Shown in pieces: positions 28,445 through 41,959 of a DNA stretch of 64,000 nt. The translations under genes were made by a program, and so were the position numbers. This stretch comes from the human T2T-CHM13v2.0 reference genome, Homo sapiens, in the NCBI RefSeq assembly GCF_009914755.1, contig NC_060934.1. One strand, given 5' to 3'. Under the pieces are notes generated by a model that was not told where the DNA came from, searched no databases, and was given only the letters and a program-made list of their open reading frames with translations. The stretch's first letter is position 1. Each line of letters starts with the position of its first letter.

Positions 28445-29045
28445 GAACATTGATTTTGAAATCTAAACTGATTATGTCTCCCCTCTGCTTAGTCTCCTTC
28501 AAGGATTTCCCACAATTCTTATAATAAAGACCCTATAGCATGGAGTTACAAGCATGATCTCATGTCTCCCTTCTTCTGTAACCTTATCTCATCATATTTC
28601 CTGTAAGTCTTTTTGCTCTAGTTCCACGAAAAGAGGTTTCTTTCAGCTGCTGGTAACTTCCCACATAGGCCTTTGCACGTGCAGTTCTTGATGCTTGGAA
28701 TGCCTAGCTCCTCTCTTCTTTACCTGATCACCTACTCATCCTGCAGATCTCAGCTGAAGTACATTTTCTCAGAAAAGTTCTCTCTGACCTTCCTGATAAG
28801 CTGTCATAAACACTCACATTATCAGATGCTTTTCTTTCTCAGCATTTATCACAGCTGTAAGTGCCCATTTATTTCCATGATGATTTACTAATGTCCACTT
28901 TTCCCACTAGACTATATGCTCCATGAGGGCAGGAAAAATGTCATCTTTTTCAGTATTGCATCCCAGAACTTGGCACCATATTTTGTACACAGTGGTTTTC
29001 ACAAATAATGTTCTGTTCATTAAATAAATATTTATTGAGCACCAC
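28445..29045 (+). mobile_element. L2 3' region plus a short opposite-strand L2 tail
   Basis: ggcctttgcacgtgcagtt...actcatcctgcagatctcagct...cccactagactatatgctccatgagggcagg. Confidence 0.75.
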
Positions 29046-30128
29046 AGAGCTAGATTCATGACAATTGCTTAAAATGAAAAGAGAAAAGAAAGAATAATGG
29101 TCATGGAACCATAACATACAATCAATATAATATATAAAAGGAAATGTATAAAGGATAAAAGTTACCACAACAAGTTCAGTCTTCTGCAATGGAAAGTTTT
29201 CTTGTATGACTCATTTGTGTGTGTGTCCCTTTTGTCATAAGCTTCTGGTTTCCTAGGGACAACACACTCATGCATAAAGCCAGGACTACTTTTGAGACAC
29301 CAAATCAGTAGTAAAGACTTGTTTAGAGCTCTGGGTAAATCAGCTTATTGAAAATAATTTTATAAATATTTAAGATAATTTTATATATATAGTTTTGAAA
29401 GTTCACTTAAAAGTATCTATTTAAATTATGTGTCATGGAGTAAAAATATCTGGTAAAGAATAGCTAAATCATCTTATCTGCATAGAAATGATAGATCAGC
29501 ACCATAAAACAGGGTTAGAAAAGAAAAAAAAAAAAGAAATGATAGAACCAAGACACTGACTATTGGATGAAAGATAATTTTACAGGCTAAGTTCATTTAT
29601 GTCACTTTAGAAGTGTCTAGAAAACATCATTTTTCAGAATAAAAAATAATAATTTCCAAATAAAAAAACTAACTTTTAAGGAAAGGTTTGTTTTCACTTA
29701 TGCTTGAAAGCATCTGTTTGAGTGTTTGTATCCATAATTTACTGAACTGTGGAACAAATATACTATATGACATCTGCCTGAGGCATTGGATTGTAAATAT
29801 TTCATGGCTTTATAAATGTACCACGATTAAGTATGTTTTAGTAGTCAACTGAATAATGTTTTACAGCATCAAAATGAAAAAGTTTCTCTTTTTTGTCTTT
29901 ACCTGGGAGCTTTGAAAATATATCACAAAGTTCATTTTATTTCTGATATATTAGGACAAAAACCAAAGTTCCCCCGGTAATTCCAAAGACAGAAGGAAAA
30001 GAGTCCTGAGTCTGGGTCCACAATTCTCCCTTTTTTTTCCTTTTCTTTTTTTTTTTTTTTTGGGAGAAAATGCTTTGAAAAATTCTAATTACAAATTTTC
30101 CGCTAGACCACAAATTTGTTCTTATATC

Positions 30129-30563
30129 TGTGGTATGCATAATAATATCCCAAAAGTGTCCACATCCTAACCCCTAGACATGTAAATATATCATTTTACA
30201 TGGCAAAGAGACTTTGCAAATATGATTTAAAGATCTTGAGACGGGAGGTGACCATGGAATTAGGGATCATAATTAGAGGGAGAGGTTGGAAGATGATACG
30301 CTACAGGCTTGAAAATGGAGGAAGAGGCCACATGCTAATGAATGCAGGCAAGTTCTAGAAGCTGGAAAAGGAAAGGAAAGGGATTGCCCTTTAGTAGTAC
30401 CTTAAGAAGGAATGCAGCCCTGCCAACACCTCAATTTTCATCCAGTAAAATCCATTTCAGACTTCTGACCTCCAGGACTATAAGGACTATAAGATATTGT
30501 TTGCTTTCTTTTAAGCCACTAAGTCTGTGGTAATCAATGACAACCATAATAGGAAACTAATAT
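30129..30563 (+). mobile_element. MLT1D/C solo LTR
   Basis: gtccacatcctaacccct...ttacatggcaaagagactttgca...agaagctggaaaagg...ttaagccactaagtctgtggtaat...ataggaaactaata. Confidence 0.82.
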
Positions 30564-30949
30564 ACTATGAAATGACATATATTTGATACTCAGAGTATTA
30601 AATACATTAATATTCAGTGAAATAAATTAAATGTTAAGTGGGCCTCAAACCAATCAATGAAACAAATAAAATTGAAAACATTTTTTAACACATTATCTTT
30701 CAATGTCTTTGGTAGTCAAACATATCTAATCAGACCATCCCTTGGGTTTTCTGAAAACCTGGAACAATAGACAAATTTGCTTTGAACCCCTAATTCCATG
30801 TCCTGTTGAAGACCAAAACTTTCTAGCCCTGAAATAATACAGCATTTAATAGGAGTGATAAGGCAAGTTCAGGAATGGTTATAATACAGCAGAAAAATAG
30901 TATGGCCACAGATTTTTAGAGCGGGGTGGGGGAGAAGAGGGGAGAGGGA

Positions 30950-30953
<4 letters not shown>

Positions 30954-30980
<27 letters not shown>
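30954..30980. repeat. (GA)13 microsatellite
   Basis: Read directly from the sequence. Confidence 0.9.
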
Positions 30981-31142
30981 TAACCAGTTGAGAGAACCAG
31001 GGTTTGCTTGTTAAAAAGATAGCAATTTTAGTTATGTAAAGGTGAACACCTTTATAGGCAAAGGAAACAGCGTGAGTGAAAATGTGATGTTAGGAAATAA
31101 TGAGGCAGAAACAGAGAAAATTTGCAGTTGTGAGGGAAGAAT

Positions 31143-34100
31143 GTAATTGGTAGTTTGACAGGAATAGCATTGAATCTGTAGATTGCTTTGGGTAATATGG
31201 CCATTTTAACAATATTGATTCTTCCTATCCATGAGCATGGGATGTTTTTCTATTTGCTTGTATTGTCTTTGTTTTCTTTTAGCAGTATTTTGTAGTTCTC
31301 ATTGGAGGGATCTTTCACCTCCCTGGTTAGCTGTATTTCTAGGTGTTTTAATTTTTTTGTGGCTATTGTGAATGGGATTGTGTTTATGATTTGGCAATCA
31401 GCTTGGACATTATTGGTGTATAGAAATGCCACTGAATTCTGTACATTGCTTTTGCATCCTGAAACTTGGCTGAAGCTGTTTCTCAGATCTAGGAGGCTTT
31501 GAGCAGAGAAGATGGAGTTTTCTAGGTATAGAAGCACATCATCTGCAAAGAGTGATAGTCTGACTTCCTCTCTTTCTATCTGAATGCTTTTTATTTCTCT
31601 TGTCTGATTGCTCTGGTTAGGTCTACTAGAACTATGTTAAATAGAAGTGGTGATAGTGGACATCCTTACCTTGTTCTAGTTTTCAAGGGTAGGGCAATGT
31701 TTCCAGCTATTGCCCATTCAATATGATGTTGGGTTTGTCATAGATGGCTCTTAAAATTTTGATGCCTAGCTTGTTGAAGATTTTTAACATGAAGGGATGT
31801 TGAATTTTACCCAAAGATTTTTTTGGATCTATTGAGATGATCATGTGTTTTTTTGTCTTTCATTCTGTTTATGTGACAAATCATATTTATTGATTTGCTT
31901 ATGTTGAGCCAAACTTGTATCCCAGGAACAACGCCTACTTGATTGTGGTGGATTAGCTTTTTGATGTGCTTCTGGAATCAGTTTGCTAATATTTTGCTGA
32001 ATATTTTTGAATCTAAGTTCATCAAGAATATTAAGCTGTCATCTTCTTTTTCTTGTGTCTCTGCCAGGTTTTGGTATCAGAATGATGCTGGCCTCATAGA
32101 ATAAGTTAGGGATGAGTCCCTCCTCCTCAATTTTTTTTTGTAATAGTTTTAGTAGGATTGGTACCAGCTCTTTTTTACACACCTTGTAGAATTTTTCTGT
32201 GAATCTATCTGCTCAAGGGCTTTTTCTGGTTGGTAAGATTTTTATTAGATTAAATTTCAGGACTCAACATTGATCTGTTCAAGGTTTCAATTTCTTGCTG
32301 GTTAAACCTTTGGAGGTTGTATGTTTCCAGGAATTTATCCATTTCTTTTATATTTTCCAGTTTGTGTGCATAGAAGTGTTTGTAATAGACTCTGAGGGTT
32401 TTGTTTTGTTTGTATACCTGTAGGATCAGTGGTAATGGCCCTTTTGTCATTTCTGATTGTCTTCATTTGGATCTTCTCTCTTTTTTTCTTTATTATTCTT
32501 GTTAGTGCTCTATCAATCTTATTTATTCTTTCAGATAAACAACTTTTGGTTGCATTGATCTTTTGAATGGTTTTTATGTCTTGATTTAATTCAGTTCGGT
32601 TCTGATTTTGGTTATTTCTTGTGTTCTGCTAGCTTTGGGGCTGCTTTGCTTTTGTTTTTCTAGTTCCTCTGGGTGTAATGATAGGTTGTTAATTTGAGAC
32701 CTTTCTAACTTTTTGATATGGGCATTTAGTGCTATAAATTTTCCCCTTAACACTGCTTTTTGCTGTGTCCCAGACACAGTGTTGAGTTTAGGTCCTGAAT
32801 GTTTCTTTAGTTTTCTTCCTTGATGATCTGTCCAATATTGTCAGTGGAATGTTGAAGTCTCCCCGCTATTATTGTGTGGTTATCTAATTCTTTTTGTAAG
32901 TCTCTAAAAATTTGTTTTATGAACCTAGGTGCTCCAGTGTTAGATGCATATATATTTAGGAAAGTTAAGTTTTCTTATTGAATTCAACCCTTTAACATTA
33001 TGTAATTTCCTTGTTTGTCCTTTTTGATCATTGTTGATTTAAGGTCTGTTTTGTGTGCAATTAAAATAGCCATCAGTCCTTTATTTGATTTTCCATTTGC
33101 TTGGTAGATTTTTCTCTATCCCTTTACTGTGAGCCTATTGGTGACATTGCAAGTGAGATGGGTCCCTTTAAAACAGTGTTGGGTCTAGCTTCCTTAACCA
33201 ACTTGCCACTCTCTGTCTTTTAAGTGGGCATTTTTTAGCCCATTTACATTCAGGGTTAATATTGATATGTGCAGATTTGATCCTGTTATAATTTTTTTAG
33301 CTGGTTATTATGTAGACTTCATTGTCCAGTCGCCTTAGAGTGTCAATATTCTATGTGCTTAAGTGTGTTACTGTGGTGGCTGGTAACAGTCTTTCATTTC
33401 CATGTTTAGCACTCCTTTAAGGACCTCTTTAAGGTAGGGCTGGTGGTAATGAATTCCCTTAATATTTGCTTATCTGAAATTGATTTTATCTATCCTTCAC
33501 TTATGAAGCTTAGTTTGGCTGAATATAAAATTCCTGATTGGAATGTATTTCCTTCAAGAATGCTGAGCCAGACATGGTGGCTCATGCCTATAATCCCAGT
33601 GCTTTGGGAGGCCGAGGCAGGTGAATCAGTTAGGTCAGGAATTTGAGATCAGCCTGGCCAACATGGTGAAACCCTGTTCTACTAAAAATACAAAAAAAAA
33701 TTAACCTGGTATGGTGGCATATGCCTATAATCCTGGCTACTTGGCAGGCTGCAGCATGAGAATCGCTTGAACCTGGAAGGCAGAGGTTGCAGTGAGCCAT
33801 GCCACTGCATTCCAGCCTGGGCGACAGAGTGAGACTCCATCTCAGAAAAAAAAAAAAAAATAGAAAAGAATGGTGAATATAGGCCTCCAACGTCTTCTGG
33901 CTTGTAGAGATTCTGCTGAAAGGCACACTGTTAGCTTGATGGGGTTCCTGTTGTATGTGGCCTGCCTGTTTTCTCTGGCTGCCTTTAATATTTTTTTCTT
34001 TTATATTGTCTTTAGAGAGTCTGATGACTATGTGTCTTGGGAATGGTCTTCTTATATAGTATTTTACTCCCTCTCTTTCAGGGACACCAATGAGCTGTAG

Positions 34101-35934
34101 GTTTGGTTTCTTTACATAATCCCATATCTTTTGGAGGTTTTGTTCATTCTTTTTTATACTTTTTTCTTTACTTTTATCTGACTGAGTTGATTTGAGGAAC
34201 TGGTCTTTGAGCTCTGAGGTTCTTTCCTTAGCTAGGTCTATTTTGCTGATAATATTTCTGATGGTACACTAAAATTCCTGTAGTGAGTTTTTCAGTTCTA
34301 TCAATCAGTTTGGTTCTTTCTCAAAATGGCTATTTTGTCTTTCATCTCTTGTATCATTTTACTATATTCCTTAGATTCTTTCGATTGGGTTTCAACTTTC
34401 TCTTGAATCTCAGTGATCTTCATTGACAACCAGATTCTGAATTCTAAGTCTGTCATTTCAGCCATTTGACCTGGTGAAAAACCATTACTGAGGAGCTAGC
34501 GCGGTCATTTGCAGGAAAGAAGACACTCTAGCTTTTTGAGTTGCCAGTTCTTGTGCTGGTTCTTTCTCATCTATGTGGGCTGACGGTTCTTTAATTTTGG
34601 AAGTTGCTGTCTTTTGGATGGGGCTTGTTGCTATGATATTCTCTGAGGTCCTTGAGGGTTTGATTGTGGTATTAGTTGGGTTCAGTCAACTGGCTTCATT
34701 TCTGGATGATTTCTGGGGTCCCAGGTTCAGCTCACCACTCCTGGGCTTCATGCTCTAACACTGGGGTGCTGGGACCAGGCTTGTCCTCTGGCCCTCGAGG
34801 TTAAGCACCAGCTGCACTGGAATGTCTGAGGTGTTCCTGGTCTACTGACAACAAACTCTGATGGGGGAGTGCCAGCAAAAACATTTCACTGGGGGCAGAG
34901 GCAGTGAGGTCCACATTTGAACGTGTGTGCCAGTAGCAGCCGGGTGGTGGTGTGGCTGGGTCTATGTGAGCATGTGTGCCAGCAGCAGGGCAACGGCACT
35001 GGGGGGTTCATGTGCTTGCCTTGCTGGTAGTGGGGCAGTGGAGTCTGTGTGTGTGTGAGCACTCCCAGGTGTGGGGCTGTGGTGGCGGAGTCTGCACATG
35101 AAAGCACACCGGCAAATTGATGGGGGTAGGCTGTGATGAGTGCACATCAGCAACAATGTGGGAGTACGCTACGGGCAAGTTGCAGCGGAAAGGCATTTGG
35201 GGGAAGCTGTGGGCAGGTAAATGTCAGTAGGGACCCATCTGCTAAAGCTGTCTGATATTTAGGTGGGATCTGCCACTGAAGGAGCTATGATGGCAGCTTC
35301 CAGGAAGTGTCCCCAATGGAATTCAAAGTTGTACTGCAAGTGGGCGTGACCAAGGAGGGGGCCCAGAAGAGGATGGCAGACAGTGGGGTCCTCAGATTAG
35401 ACTGGCCCCATCCCATGTGCAAAACAGCACTGCACTGTCCAGGTCTGACAGTCAATAAAGGCCAAAGACACATAGAAGTTCATGGTGGGCTTTGGGGGAT
35501 GGGTGTCCCTGGCTGTGCTCCACTGCAGCCCTTCCTACACAAAACATTCTGGGCTCCACACAGGATGGTGTGCTGTCTCTGTCACTTCTTCAAGTACCTC
35601 TCCCCGCCAGCTCAATTATCCATGGGGGTTGTGGAGTCTCCTTCGGCTAGGATTCTGGAGGTCCATGGTGAGAATGGGCCACTCCCTGCCTACTTAACTC
35701 ACCCTTTCCACAGGAGCCACTGACGGCTAGGAATGAGTCCTGGTACTTGGCAGCTCTGTGCAGGGCTCCCAGCTTCCCCACTCCCCTTCAGCCCAGGGTT
35801 TGTGTCCTCCCTCCATCCACTCTCAATGTCTTCCTTCCAAAGATCTGCTCACAGTGTGCCAGTCTTCTTGATGGGCTGGTCTCTCAGTGGGAGTTGCTCT
35901 TCCTGGCTGCATCTAGTCAGCCATCTTGGCTCCT
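31143..35934 (-). mobile_element. L1PA15-16/L1P4-like element, 5' UTR intact, 3' end missing, ORF1 and ORF2 disrupted
   Basis: Right end is the reverse complement of ggagccaagatggctgactagatgcagcc (L1 5' start); ORFs 32586..32777(-) [17 protein letters not shown], 32250..32450(-) MDKFLETY and 31250..31537(-) MLLYLEN. Confidence 0.9.
33567..33865 (+). mobile_element. AluS SINE nested in the L1
   Basis: Full dimer plus A tail; TSD aagaatgctga 33556-33566 / aagaatggtga 33866-33876. Confidence 0.93.
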
Positions 35935-36329
35935 GAGGCTCATGTTTAATTTTTGCATATATTATTTCTAGCTTCAGTTTGTCTTAAAGAAAGTAAAGTT
36001 TAAGTAGTTACATATTTTGAAATGTCTTATGTGACTACATAAATATTCATAATATTCATTTCCTCCCCACACAATATAATGACAGAATTATTTGCTTAAA
36101 AGACTTTGGTAGTTCCCTTTGGCTGATTTTTTTTGTTGACCCACAATTATCCATCCTCTCCTTGTTAAAAATAAGGCTTTTATCTAACATGGGGCCCTTC
36201 CACCAAAGACTTCATTTCCCTTTCTCCCCTATACTTCGGTGTCACCAGGAGACTAACGGATCTATTACTCAGATTTATTTGAATGATCAATGAAAGAAAA
36301 AAAATCATATATTTTCTTCATTGAATGGC

Positions 36330-36800
36330 AGTGTGAGAGGAAAGAAAAGGCACATGACTTTAAGTCATGAGGGCTGGAACTATATTTAACAACTTTTAGC
36401 CAGTTATGGGTCATTTGTCTAGGCTAGCTTCAGTTTACTGAATTATACAATTGGGATAATAGTATCTGCTCTTCATCCCTCTCCAGTTGTGAGTGGTCAA
36501 CTGGTGTAGTCAAGTATTTCACAAGGATTGCTGATATTGGCCACCAATAAATATTTAAGCCAGAAAGGACTTTTAGAAATTCAGTGCTGTCATTTCACAG
36601 GTCAAAAAAAAAAAAACAAACAAACAATAACAACAACAACTACAAACGGAATGCACCCAAACTAAACCAAAAATCTCTGAGGTCCAGGGAGTTGAATGAC
36701 TTGTCCAAAGTCACATGATCCTTAGAAGCTGGGTCAGAAAAAAAGCCTTTTGATCTCTGACACTGGGCCTGGGAATTTTCAATTACACCACCCTCAGCCC
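36330..36800. mobile_element. MIR fragments in both orientations
   Basis: cttcagtttact...ttgggataatagtatct; tgaggtccagggagttgaatgacttgtccaaagtcaca. Confidence 0.55.
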
Positions 36801-38731
36801 ATATTCTGAGGCTCAATGCAAACCTTTGTTCTTTCTCCTCTTATTGGGAAACAAACAACAGCAAAAACTGTACCTCTGAGTCATTCATTGAGCCAGTTGA
36901 GTTCATATTTATCTCCAGAGCCTGGCTGCTTTGTGACCTTTCCTGTATTCCATTTTTTAGGCACAAGAAGGAAAGCAGTCCTCCCCAGATCCACTGGTTC
37001 ACATAATTGAGAAGTCTCTTATTTGTATTCCTGTCAATGTCAATTGAATGCAGGAAAGCCTGTGTTTAGGATAATAACTGGTCTGAAGTTTATGAAACAA
37101 GATTGATACCAGCTTCATAAAACTCAGGCAAAAGCAGTATCTTTTCTACATCTTGCTATGCCTTTCATTCTAGGAACCTTTATACTTGGTGACTACTGAA
37201 AAATGTAATTAGTAAAAATAAAGGCAAAAATAAAAATAACAATTGAAAATATCTTCTAAGGGCCATAATTTTTGCTAATGTTCTGAACTTCTTTATTGAT
37301 TTAATGACAAGGGAGGATATACTTACTACTTTCTCTAGTTCCAAGTTTATTTTCTCTTTTTTAAAGAAAGTGAAAACTTCTGAGTATGTGCTTAAATGTC
37401 AACATGTTTAAAAATCACCTAGCTTGTTTATGCATTGGATATTTGGACAGCTAAAATGCATGGCCCCAGCTAAATCCTCAAAGTTAGGGTTGTTAGAAAG
37501 ACATAATTTTTGTGAAATGCAAACTTCTGGAAAATAAGTCAATTATACAACTTTCTAGAAGTCTATCCCACTTCATCTATTCATTTTTGCTCATAAATAC
37601 CAAAAGCTTGTGACAAATGTAGGGATTTGGTATTTAAAGATATTCTCATCTCTCATGATTTGGTACCACTCACACTTGGCCTTTTCTTTCACCTCTCTAG
37701 TTCACAAGCATGATACATTAATCAAATTAACAAGTCATTATTTCCAACACACATACTTTCACTTTTCTTAACTATTGAGAGCCTACTGTGTGTGAAGTCC
37801 AATTTTAGGCTTTTTAGCTGAGAAATAACACCATTTGATTTATCTTTGTTAAATTTTACTCCAGATTAACAAAAATGTATTGATGGCCTGTTGTGATCTA
37901 GCCTGCATGACAGTCACTTGGGAGCAAGATAGTAATTAATGGCCCTTGCCTCTGAAGAGCTTACAGCCTAGTTGAAGATTTGACATGGCAAATATTATGA
38001 TGGCAGCAAGCAGTAATGGGTTGGGAGACAGACTAACAAGAGATAGTTTCCTAGAGGACATAGCCCTGGGATGACTCTTAGAGAATGATGGGCTTAAAAA
38101 AATGATTAATGGCATTGAAAGTTGAAACAGGTCAAAGAGGGTAAAGAACCAATCAGACTTCAGTATTCCTCGGTGGAATGCAAAAGTTTGTAGACTTTCT
38201 CCTTTCTCAAATGTCTTCAACCTTCAATCTTGAGTTCTCATGTACATATTCTTCATGCTCCATTCTTTATTAAAATACTTGATCAAAATGCTGACTACTC
38301 CAAGAAGCATTTACTGATGCCCAAAGAAAAAACTTATTTATGTTTCTAATTGTGTATCTAATTGCCTTTAAATAGACTGGAAGACTTTTCCATTGGCATC
38401 TATACCTATTTTATATGTCTTCATTGTATTTTGCAATGTGCACGTAGCCAAAAAAATTTTCATAGCCAATTCAATTTATTCATATAAACTCAAACACCGT
38501 TTCAACAAGTTCTGCCTCACAGACATTCTTCTACATTTATTAGGTTGCCATAACTTCTATTTGTTACACGCCTTTATTGCTGACCACTTTTGGAGTAACC
38601 AATGTCACAACTTCCCTTTATTTACACTTGCATGCCTATTATTTTGTACCTATAGTCTTAGACCTGACAGTATCCAAATTCATCGATAATTTTCAAGTTT
38701 GGTTGAATGTTAAAATAAAAATGAGACCACT

Positions 38732-39062
38732 GGCCGGGCACTGTGGCTCATGCCTGTAATCTTAGCACTTTGGCAGGTCAAAGCAGGCAGATTGCCTGAG
38801 CTCTGGGAGTTCGAGACCAGCCTGGGCAACACGGCAACTCCCCCATCTACTAAAAATACAAAAAATTAGGTATTTTGTATGGTATAGTGGCATGTGCCTG
38901 TAGTCCTGGCTACTCGGGAGGCTGAGGCATGAGAATCGCTTGAACCTGGGAGATGGAGGGTGAAGTGAGCCGTAAGCCAAGATTGCACCACTTCACTCCA
39001 GCCTGGGTGACAGAGCAAGACTCTGTCTCTAAAAACAAACAAACAAAACAAACAAAAAAAAC
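38732..39062 (+). mobile_element. Alu (old S/Jb) SINE
   Basis: ggccgggcactgtggctcatgcctgtaat...; (aaac)n tail; perfect TSD aaaatgagaccact 38718-38731 / 39063-39076. Confidence 0.94.
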
Positions 39063-39341
39063 AAAATGAGACCACTGAAATGTAGAGGAAAAACAATCAT
39101 CTTTTATATACATAGTGTTGGCTGAATTAGATATCCATATAGAAAAAAAAAAGTATCTTTGATCCTTTCTTCATAACCTATTCAAAAATTAGACTTATTA
39201 TAAGGCCTAAATATGAAAAATAAATTTAAATCTTCTAGATGAAAACATGGGGGAATAACAAAAATGTTGAAGTAGGCAAAATTTCTTAAGCATAACACCA
39301 CAAGCACGAATCATAGAATAAAAGATTTATGATTTGGATAT

Positions 39342-39760
39342 TGAGGTGGACATAGAAATGTGATACCCAGATACCACTTGAAGGAAAAAGTTGTTGCCCA
39401 GCTGCTGGGAGGACTGTCAGTAGACAGTATTCAGCCATCATCTCACTTTAGGGATTGCCTTTGGGGCAGTGAGTCAGTTTTTTCAAGGCAGTGTTTTTCC
39501 AGAGACAGCTATGACCAGAAACTGATTGAGAGACAGGTATAAATTTCTGCCATTTTCGCCCAGTGCAGGACAATTCTAAGAGGTTATATATGCTCCAGAG
39601 CTTTCTTTGCATAGCTGAGACTAATGGGCCTGCATCATTGCCCAACTTCTCCCTTTCTCATTTCTTCTTGTGAGTCTTGATCCAAAGGGTGGTCTCTATA
39701 ACCATTAGGATCACCAGACTCTCTAAAATACCTCTTGTCTGGAGAGTCCAAACTGCATTA
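39342..39760 (+). mobile_element. LTR16A/B-like solo LTR
   Basis: cccagataccacttgaagg...gttgcccagctgctgggga...caggacaattctaag...gctccagagct. Confidence 0.65.
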
Positions 39761-39851
39761 GAAGTCATTCAAATTAAGAACTTATGTTCTTCAACATATT
39801 AAGAGAGTAAAAAGGCAAATTACTGCCTGGGAGGTTATTTGCAACACATAT

Positions 39852-40156
39852 GGCTGGGTGCAGTAGCTCACACCTGTAACCCAGCACTTTCAGAGGCCAA
39901 GTTGGGAGGTTAACTTGAGGCCAGGAGTTAGAGACAAGGCTGGGCAACAGAGCGAGATCCCATCTCTACAAAAAAAGGAATTTAAAAACTATCCAGACAT
40001 GCTGGTGTACACCTGTAGTTCTAGCTACTCAGGAGGCTGAGGCAGGAGGATCTCTTGAGCCCAGAAGTTTGAGATTGCAGTGAGCTGTTATCATGCTACT
40101 GTACTCCAGCCTGGGCAACAAAGTGAGAACTTGTCTCTAAAATAAAAAAATATATA
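39852..40156 (+). mobile_element. AluJ-type SINE
   Basis: ttgaggccaggagtt, gatctcttgagcccag; 16 bp TSD tatttgcaacacatat 39836-39851 / 40157-40172. Confidence 0.94.
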
Positions 40157-41086
40157 TATTTGCAACACATATATCTGAAAGTTGTTTTGCATCTAGAATA
40201 AAGAACTTCCACAAATCTACAGGAGAAGATGACCATTATATAAAAATGAAGAAAGGGATTAATCAGGTACTTTACAAATAGAATATCTAGATGGTCCATA
40301 GGCAATTCTTCTGTCATCAGTGAGATTACAAAAATTAAAGCGAAAACCCACACCAATGTAATACCACTATACATCAGTATTCGAAAGTTTGAAGATTATA
40401 ATAATTGACAGTGCTAAGTACTGATAAGGACATGGAGCAACTGGATAACTCCTATCTTGCTGATGGAAGTGAAATCTGTTCAACTACTTTGAAAAATGTT
40501 TTGGTAATAGCTACTGAATGTGAATATACAGCTACCCTATGCCTCAACCATTCTACTTTTGGGTATACACCCAGGAGAAGAGTGTTTATTTTCTAAATGA
40601 CTTGCATAAGAGTATTTACAGTAGTACTATTTATAATAACAAAAATTTTAAAAATGAATCAAATATCCATCAACCATAACACAAATTTTAAAATTGTGAT
40701 ACATTCATGTAATCAAATAATAGGCAGCAATAATAAATGAATGAACTACACAAAACATTATGGTTAAACTGTACCTCTTTAATATTGAGTGAAAGAAGCC
40801 AGACAAAAAAAAAGACATACTGTTTAACTGCAGTGATCATAAGTTCTTAAAAAATGAACATGGTATTGGAAATCATCATGGTGGTTTTCTTGGTGGGGGA
40901 AGCATTGACTGGGAGGGAAACTGAGGGAGTCTTCTGGAGTGGTGGAATTGTTTCAATGTGTTTTGATCCAGGAGGTATTTACATAGGTATATGCATGGTA
41001 AAAATTAATTGAACCACACACTTAATAATTGTTCACACTATTGCATGTATGTTATACCTTAGCAAAAACAACAAAAATCTCTTAAG

Positions 41087-41088
<2 letters not shown>

Positions 41089-41136
<48 letters not shown>
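41089..41136. repeat. (CT)24 microsatellite next to a MER5-like fragment
   Basis: Read directly; followed by cccctggtgattctaatctgcagccagtgttaagacc. Confidence 0.92.
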
Positions 41137-41139
<3 letters not shown>

Positions 41140-41959
41140 GACTCCACTGTCCAGAGAGAGATTTAATTTGACCTAGATTCTATTTTACTTTGGAAAGCAC
41201 CCCTGGTGATTCTAATCTGCAGCCAGTGTTAAGACCCACAGATCTAATGAAACTTTCTCATGTTATCTATCACAAGTAAAGGATGTCTTGTGTGAATGTC
41301 AACCTTGAGAGTCAAGTGGCTTACCCAAGGGAGCATACAACAAATCTGATGCATGCCCAAGCTGGCCTGGGAACCACACACATCTCCTAGTTTCATTGCA
41401 CTTCAACCATGACTGCCTTGTATTGTCATTTGCCTCATGTTACCAAGTAAGGACATTCTCATTCAGTGCTTTGCAGATCCCATCCCAAGTCTTCACTTCA
41501 CATGACAGCAAAGTACACCTTCCTGAGACTCTCATCTTGGTTCTATTAAGTTCACCTCGATGTGCTTAGACTTGAAGAGGGACAGAATTTGTTTCTAAGC
41601 AGAATTAAACTACATTTCACAACATAGAAAGTTTCACTGGTCCAGATTCGATAAGCTGCTGGCAATCCCAGAGACATCTACATTGGAAAATCTTTACAAG
41701 GACAAACATCTACTGGATTGTCTCTCCCTTGGGGTTTTGTAAGAATTGAAGGGGATCACATGCATAAAACTTTTACCACAGATTTGCTAAATAAATAGCA
41801 ATGATCATGTGAGAATAATTGTAACACTAATAATGATTATAATTCTTTAAAAACATAACCACACTAGTTATCAATTTCAGTAAATGTAACATTAGTATGA
41901 TATTTTTCTCTCTTACTATTTGTATGCCAATTTCATCAGTTGACTCAAAGAGTGTTCCT

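Larger units (their letters stand above)
39080..41065 (+). mobile_element. L1ME/MB-like ORF2 end and 3' UTR, interrupted by LTR16 and AluJ
   Basis: gataaggacatggagcaactgga...ttgagtgaaagaagccagaca...gcattgactgggaggg...tgtatgttatacctt. Confidence 0.72.

Noticed and set aside
37084-37126. Imperfect hairpin tgaagtttatgaa...ttcataaaactca (and a similar one at 11463-11497) as a pre-miRNA
   Set aside because: Stems are too short or mismatched for a miRNA precursor and there is no other support
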